Source: an uncultured Methanosarcinales archaeon
Lineage (GTDB): Archaea > Nanobdellota > Nanobdellia > Woesearchaeales > SKGA01
Length of the DNA stretch: 64,000 nucleotides
Reading direction: 5' to 3'
Assembly: GCA_964428395.1 (NCBI GenBank)
Contig: CAYRYB010000005.1
Location: 6,414 to 70,413 of the forward strand
How positions within the stretch are numbered: position 1 is the first letter of the stretch; the number at the start of each line of letters is the position of its first letter. Shown here in pieces: positions 61,901 to 64,000 of this stretch. A program made the translations under genes and the position numbers. Under the pieces are notes generated by a model. It was not told where the DNA came from, made no database searches, and saw only the letters and a program-made list of their open reading frames with translations.

Positions 61901-64000
61901 ATTATGTAGATCAAACAGCAGGAACCGAGCAAGTAGGATGCGCCATTGTTGAAAACAAGACTGGATTTTATACTATCGGAACATTAAATACAACTTCAAT
62001 AACAGTTCATACTACAGAACAAGTTTATCCGACTTATTCATCACTTTCTGGACCAAGCATTGCACATAAAGGAGATTCTGTTTTTCTTGCTAGTTATTGG
62101 CAAGATAACTTTGCACTAGATTTTGCAAACCTTTCAACAAACGCTTCTGGAACTTATGTGAATTATTCACGTGTAGAAATTTCCGGTCTTGCAGACTGGG
62201 CAAACTTTACCTACACTATTCCAACGACAATGACACCAGGAATGTTGGGATGGAAAGTACATGGAGCAGATACTTCTGGAAATGTGAATACCACCCTTGT
62301 TGAAAATATTTCTGTATGGGGATATTCTTTACTAGCTGATTCCTCAATAAATCCTGCGAGTGTACAACAAAGCAATCCAACAACAATAAAATGTCAGGTA
62401 ACTGATGCTAATGACTCAACAAACCTTACAAATTACAATGTAACTTTTTATTATAAAAATCAATCAACATCAACATATCTTTATTTAGGATATAATATTA
62501 CCTCTGCGGATGGTTGGGCAAACTATACATTTGCGCTAGATAACGCCACTACTTATGATATTTTATGTAATATTACAGATGACACCAACAAACAATATAA
62601 TGTCACCAGTCCAAGTAGCGCCATAAAACAACTTAATGTTGTATCTAGTGCAGATGTTTATCCGCCAGTTATTATCAATAGCAACTATGGAATTAATGAC
62701 ACGTCACTTTATCGCGGAGATTGCTTTCAAGTGTATGGTGAATGGAATGAATCACTTAACGTTTCATGGATAGAATATAATAACACGCCAACAAATATTA
62801 GTAGATATAATGGTACGCCTCCATTTACTGCTAACTGGACAAACAGTAGTATTTGTACAAACAGCTCATGGGAGCCAGGAACGTACACCGTGAAACTTTT
62901 TGCAAAAGATCAAGTAGGAAATCTTAACGATACTCTTTCTTATTTATCATTTGAAGTAAAAGCCAGAGCAAATCTTTCATGGTATGCGCCAACAGGCGAT
63001 CTTAACAGAACGTGGATAAATATGAGTTGTCAAGTTAACGATTATGATACAGGAGATCCAATAAGTGGTTATACCGTTCGATTTTATGATGGAGATTTAG
63101 GAAGCACATTAGGAAATGTGCAAACAAATGCAAGTGGCATTGCAACGCTAGAATATAATTATGCAACTATTCGTTCAGGAGGTCCTATTTATGTAGGACC
63201 TGATGATCTTTCCTGTCAAATATTTGCAACGACAGGATACGAAATTGCAACAGGTTTTGTACAAGAAACCGTTGATTTTTATGGAACTTTATCTGCAAAC
63301 ATAACAACGCCAATCACAGATGCAATATTGCACACTGGTGTTACAGAAAATCTTGTTGTTGCTACTCTGGATGAATTTGGAAATACACCAAAAGATCAAA
63401 ATGGTAATACTGCAAGTATTACTGCAAATTGGACAAACTCAACTGGAACGCAACTCGCAATGGGAACAAGCACTGCGTGGAATGTGCCTGCAACATATAC
63501 AACAGGACCTGAAACTCTTCACGTAGCAACAACAGCATCATATTATTACAATGGATCAGATACAACGAATGTTGTTATTTGGGGTTATTCTGATGTTACG
63601 TTATCAACACCTACAACAGGTGTTTATCCTAATAATACGCTTCTTACTATGACTTGTCGAGCAACCAATAGTGCTACTGGCCAAGGAATTAACACATATC
63701 CAATACTGTTTTATAATGATACAACACTTCTTGCTACTTTACCTGCAAACACAACAGGGTATGCAACGTATCAAATAAACACTAACAGCATGAGCGAAGG
63801 ATCAAGAACACTTCGTTGCGAGATAGATAACAATGCTACATTACTGTACAATAAAAGTTCTGCTTATCAAAGCAACGTAACAGTTATTGTAGACACTTCT
63901 GCGCCACAAATAACGTATGTGTTAACCAGCGATACTAATGGAACCTATGCGCGTGATTGGATACTTGTTAATGCAACTATTACAGAACCTAATATTGATA
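49927..64000 (+). CDS. giant secreted surface/adhesin-like protein, 3'-partial (>4,690 codons open to the window edge)
   Basis: Triplet-by-triplet reading from the in-frame stop at 49906-49908 to 64000 meets no stop. The GTG at 49927 gives a canonical signal peptide (GFIRSVTRKFSVIVVIMFTLVLAIAFLPSLTTSS). The first ATG is at 49978. Repeated W-x-Y-R...YYGN (DUF2341-like) modules, LamG-like modules and Ig-like repeats run throughout. No competing ORF of 60 aa or more is found on either strand across 13 kb. Confidence 0.85.
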   Translation, partial: MGFIRSVTRKFSVIVVIMFTLVLAIAFLPSLTTSSTDKTLSLYFPQLSQRTLNITSQTGNYTIEKLTRLPIVFNQPVQWELVLTDGVQLFNVQYETPAIYLTQSQTNTVSTWQKTLTFSTNFTEGYSNISYKEFLPTVANLTLTPSLNYTLGYNNALTFTLPQLDLKEIVHLQTTLPQLTPANSTNTAPFQNNTNTTSFQNETLSTTNILSHPQAMPESKQAKNKYGLFALHLAKGQIKKLELSNDFLLTIELENITSSNSTILHIDLPTSLQKNEYLYVWYVASADYFKQLPYTLSSNRKTLLLDLANIPVTPYQGKMNFRLKIGLPTYPVNITTVSPQQADVMADGKELVLTTSKGNLAKIRVVDPKNIPSLPPRAGVFTHKLLKFSLTNLTSPNVTINLTFDYLPRTFQLWKFNPNTNVWYTFPYTKLTANTIALTLVDGGFGDDDGIVNGIIEDDLGITTGWQNESFSWRMAFNVSNNGAGDLTNYQMLVLLNTSNFNFSNAQDDLDDIRVVYYNASSDTETLLSYWIENSGLNFSAGNETARVWFKAPYLANNTNTTFFVYYGNPTANSIENGSAVFLYFNDFETQVGFDTGDMMPVRSTTRVKHGTYGLDGFGSGSYDQAYTSGLNSSRNIILESWVQGRDYTSGPDTSLAAIMVGHPPGGADRNGYQAYLDERGAPYLGIRRDYQSTQIIASADSPTITFDTWYLLQLTWLSNNSLIFRVYDTNYNLLQTLSAVDSNHTDGEFGVGAYYNASWDDFRMRQWASPEPNIASVIGSEFVGIINISIDKPTDASQQTRLQSFTMNGTLSCSRGDNCGNVSTYFQYYTTAAPTQTWLQTSYEDFNSSLTSTNISATQSGTILLNVTNGGAQWWNTQWPYRQDFEITNVTANVTDYSFKIQLNSSLVGTHFNWTTAFNESRFVWVNETSGLLESCNYWIENWNIAGQNATIWVKIPFLESGMNTSVYLYYGNLNALSQSNSSNTFLFYDDFSDGKTDKWTVQGGTWQVENNESYYQTTAIASYLITEAGDSSWQDYTIDTRINMTGLAGSTYFAGILYRYQDVDNHYAVILDDRDNDSIWLRQWVGGDYASHNPQEWTDVTINLDVWSPLQVDIFTNKGGTHTLRAHFDGKVKEYNYSTFNSGKIGLMTYNTQPRYDYVRVRKFTTSNLVLKNNSEEELLVASNGSYYSDIHDFTSQDVSFGNIYWTALTPNQTNLDIYTRSSVGLGGTWYSPNWPYQREINVSNTAGDQEEYQIFIEENLSSAYAAGKINANCSDVHFTYLNLTSLLQQEVSFFTDDCNLTASDIAQFWVKMPLLENSSANKIFLYYGNNTLVDASDIDATFSYTTPRRIGYIVSSKLAANGLKLTSFSNGNEIDVGSNTYNQDYLNVTDISFTSASDEIKVKNLAQLAGRGMNGDSIVPISWAGTFFTYDGMRASDDTICMLSPYGTAFVNISELGVERWSGNVTSAGYCYNGTDFSANNALIINATLPILAFHDGGLSSNEDAWPFYPAQNEPLYGTSSTTTPIGVGSSITSLVCYGDNGTSQAANNIPAYQDSSCGTLGVSNRNQGLGAAVKIVPSTGYIGAIQQADSDGTESTTYAPRREMGTRMGSGQDTQYIAIVTPYAGVNCSLYDQSGYVASNITTTNSTQGVAKGCFGCGNNNVYVNGPWVMQCDKPVWAYFEKDYNNEETSLLNQKQMRQYVYPSPTTAISTKECNYTEVSLHPETYFLWSPWFLETNGTAISSPSNRYVQYKSIFGTTNTTRSAVLYDISLEFKIITNTWKNMASSGTLFTANNPVFTLLNSSVNATPTLLVVPKETGNYSLRLYVNGSGSESPVISLNRSIAIFMQPAFSSFSTSQTTVPRDDTIPLTALFLDDVASPMKYYNVTFYDETGNGSRYVIGSVLTDKNGYATLTYVIPSDASYGDHTLNVSYLGSTASFIKRAERTTTIHVSSTPIIHSTSTSPTNFGYGFNISIYANITDGVGLDKVFVTITNESSQNQTHEMNLINGLYTYNFSNPWIKQNYTYTLIANNTDGITTTLGDNSFSLFVQTLFDLNTSKQAYKNNEVVTLATTKGRWPKMNGWLYRIPINLTSQAQLYDYQVEIDLDSTNFKFDQSNNGSDIRFRYYNQSTGNETNLSYWIQDYNETAKTATIWVKLPEITNTTNTLFYLYYKNDNVTTTSNGTATFIYFNDMEGPFTWTDYGSGDIRQRNSRAYSGMYSAHKENNNDPNGGYDNVGTTFGRNVIMEFLVNRNAAYSGGAYDRIGFIDNSGNGYGWVYDHSGNRIIADVRNNYSASTLSPVSAPDAMDEWVFGRFIVKSSGVVEAYRYVNGTLSGNMATIDSSYNSFTRVYIFGGNDYWVDDIRIRKSDDTAFLNVQYGTEEVDALGLLNLANTKFKGYLKMIVQHWTGSSWQNILPPIIENQEHVLDNYEILDISSLWQTAGAWNTTNRNPGTYRIYAVMENPNRITLENYDDSLLLGTHNFTIKESAVRLTNFTYENKYEKGLTEYETGDTIDWINATVTAFDNIAYDANITLSLLDNGKISTGWGPQGETKLCGDLLENQTCEKRWDNATNGYAIPIDATTGTYTFFWGVNSTSKNGQIYSNKSISFSIHNIPSTANTVLGTTRIYKPNSTTYNVTFTNLWTKNITAVNVFINCPVVTGFTCMNITPQTFASIENNTNFTVSFNITANESVSSNDYALSVQLNYTDPGEENRSWNDVASTSLEVRLAGILVITDNTHPTTVTRSHSSFFSAYMNNTGDVLATNAWLNYTFPAFWSLTAGTQNKTFASIPINAIAWNNVSLQPSQTTTLGSASIRLDSNADDGRNDFKQYTVVVYANTTLTLTKNLSIVNRGEKIKLTGTLHYDNGTAVSNQWISFYDQTRGIYLGTNKTNIAGQTSIEYFINASTTLGAHTINASYNGSDALYLRSVLNRSSIDVHEKPQLSGIIISPNLTGYGNTIYINVTITDADVFDEIDAAWVNITYPDETTTIFSMTNVPPDDYYLLFNDTWQLGNYTLTIYANDTTGALNKSDLYTFTLNASLLLGMQTTNDTYSQNEYVNLTSTSETTWWNENWPYREAINITNTAGNLTEYQIFINYDFATPYSEDHIQQDCRDIRITYYNTTRNKEEEIPYSIDVCNLSDSTNATLWSKIPFLINGTTTIYLYYGNPTVSTTQNLTAVFTYTTKHTIGYVVSSTSVTNGLTIASLDDNNDISVGSNTYSMNELQTTTLSSGLSIGTKIQATKLVQVEGNGDDDDMIVPVSWAGTEFSYGGMDSSTDTFCVVSPWGNATVEVRDAGTLRTTMTVNSTGTCYEYDTNANAATRINSTIPILVFHNGGSNARRAWAWYPATRKDLFSIVSTSTPVGNGPNAAIVNCYGSDDNYDVWNSVSANDDFSCTGITNTGSGSGAAVRITTNQPIGAIQFADGDGADATTAVPQQEMSTLFGSSLNAEYIAIATPYKNTNCSVYDSSGLVGTTTVAGSDANKVYKGCFGCGNSNVYVNGPWKLECTNPVWPYYEEDTDSDETNLFGYKQMRQFVYPTPQVSLTGEQSIGSKIYNKQTNIHKGRLLMTIEQNNSGVWQHVATIINDTTGLRTITATGLDLATIWNPISWFTGTHDAGMYRAYAELEDTSHAVLKNYDGTNISGSWKFTIEEPALNLNISTIRIYDVTSTAEANWKIYTGNLIDSGLNKSYTLYKDNIYRVEVDVDNVGNDDWNINQTNISYTNFNSSWFINESDYLWYSNLSTIATRRTDTSKMSGTFNGSIDWNITSLGGIVPSLETATFFFIVNLTQDDTKNVRFRIQHTSFDKSDYSTLQAIIFTASAPSLLNNIYNITKTKVIRGNTTLLYARWDKTIAEANFTYNTATPVGYTTYSNNSINNAENWTNHTLQTGSTWFLGNHSAKISVEDQSGNVNDTLSYLTFGVWGLAQLTDIQLNASNINVGETTEIKCKVTDYTDSDAVIAGYNVSFRNSTDTIGWNVTDGTGWAVFDYVDQTAGTEQVGCAIVENKTGFYTIGTLNTTSITVHTTEQVYPTYSSLSGPSIAHKGDSVFLASYWQDNFALDFANLSTNASGTYVNYSRVEISGLADWANFTYTIPTTMTPGMLGWKVHGADTSGNVNTTLVENISVWGYSLLADSSINPASVQQSNPTTIKCQVTDANDSTNLTNYNVTFYYKNQSTSTYLYLGYNITSADGWANYTFALDNATTYDILCNITDDTNKQYNVTSPSSAIKQLNVVSSADVYPPVIINSNYGINDTSLYRGDCFQVYGEWNESLNVSWIEYNNTPTNISRYNGTPPFTANWTNSSICTNSSWEPGTYTVKLFAKDQVGNLNDTLSYLSFEVKARANLSWYAPTGDLNRTWINMSCQVNDYDTGDPISGYTVRFYDGDLGSTLGNVQTNASGIATLEYNYATIRSGGPIYVGPDDLSCQIFATTGYEIATGFVQETVDFYGTLSANITTPITDAILHTGVTENLVVATLDEFGNTPKDQNGNTASITANWTNSTGTQLAMGTSTAWNVPATYTTGPETLHVATTASYYYNGSDTTNVVIWGYSDVTLSTPTTGVYPNNTLLTMTCRATNSATGQGINTYPILFYNDTTLLATLPANTTGYATYQINTNSMSEGSRTLRCEIDNNATLLYNKSSAYQSNVTVIVDTSAPQITYVLTSDTNGTYARDWILVNATITEPNID
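53612..55055 (+). repeat. intragenic module A (DUF2341-like + ~400-aa Cys-containing module); diverged copy at 59137-60565
   Basis: The protein-level repeat is about 40% identical. Shared motifs are NWPY(Q/R)(R/E)(E/A)IN(V/I)(S/T)NTAG, LYYGN, IGY(I/V)VSS, VP(I/V)SWAGT, YKGCFGCGN(N/S)NVYVNGPW and QMRQ(Y/F)VYP. Confidence 0.75.
59137..60565 (+). repeat. intragenic module B (paralogous to 53612-55055)
   Basis: See module A. The copies are separated by about 5.5 kb within the same ORF. Confidence 0.75.

Noticed and set aside
49700-64000. The possibility that the ORF-poor 14-kb tail is non-coding, a decayed pseudogene, or uses a different genetic code
   Set aside because: One frame translates cleanly under the standard code. 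It has structured, repeated protein motifs and no stops. All other genes in the window also translate normally under the standard code.

Overview
This is a low-GC archaeal chromosomal segment, DPANN-like in character (features below), with dense core genes on both strands. All calls below rest on motif recall from the sequence and ORF track; no database search or structure prediction was run. Most of the window is housekeeping: an r-protein/RNAP operon (uS13-uS4-uS11-RpoD-tRNA-Leu-eL18-uL13-uS9-RpoN) followed by pgk, LeuRS, GatD/GatE, Cdc48, PEP synthase, a type-I GAPDH, KsgA, aMBF1, Rpp21, Bud32, a deoxyhypusine-synthase/decarboxylase/agmatinase cluster and many membrane proteins. RNA genes found by eye are tRNA-His(GTG), an intron-containing tRNA-Leu(GAG), an intron-containing tRNA-Arg(CCT), an SRP (7S) RNA in a 615-nt ORF-free gap, and a textbook C/D-box sRNA. 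The main discovery is at the 3' end: from about 49.9 kb to the window edge, more than 14 kb reads as one uninterrupted + frame, well over 4,600 codons with no stop in that frame. It is absent from the ORF track only because it is not closed inside the window. It encodes a signal-peptide-bearing giant surface protein built from repeated DUF2341-like modules, LamG-like jelly-roll modules, two copies of an unrecognised ~480-aa Cys-containing module and a long Ig-like tail, with a very high density of N-x-S/T sequons. It follows a second secreted, membrane-anchored protein that shares a 22-nt TATA-containing upstream motif. Together these form a candidate cell-surface or host-attachment locus.
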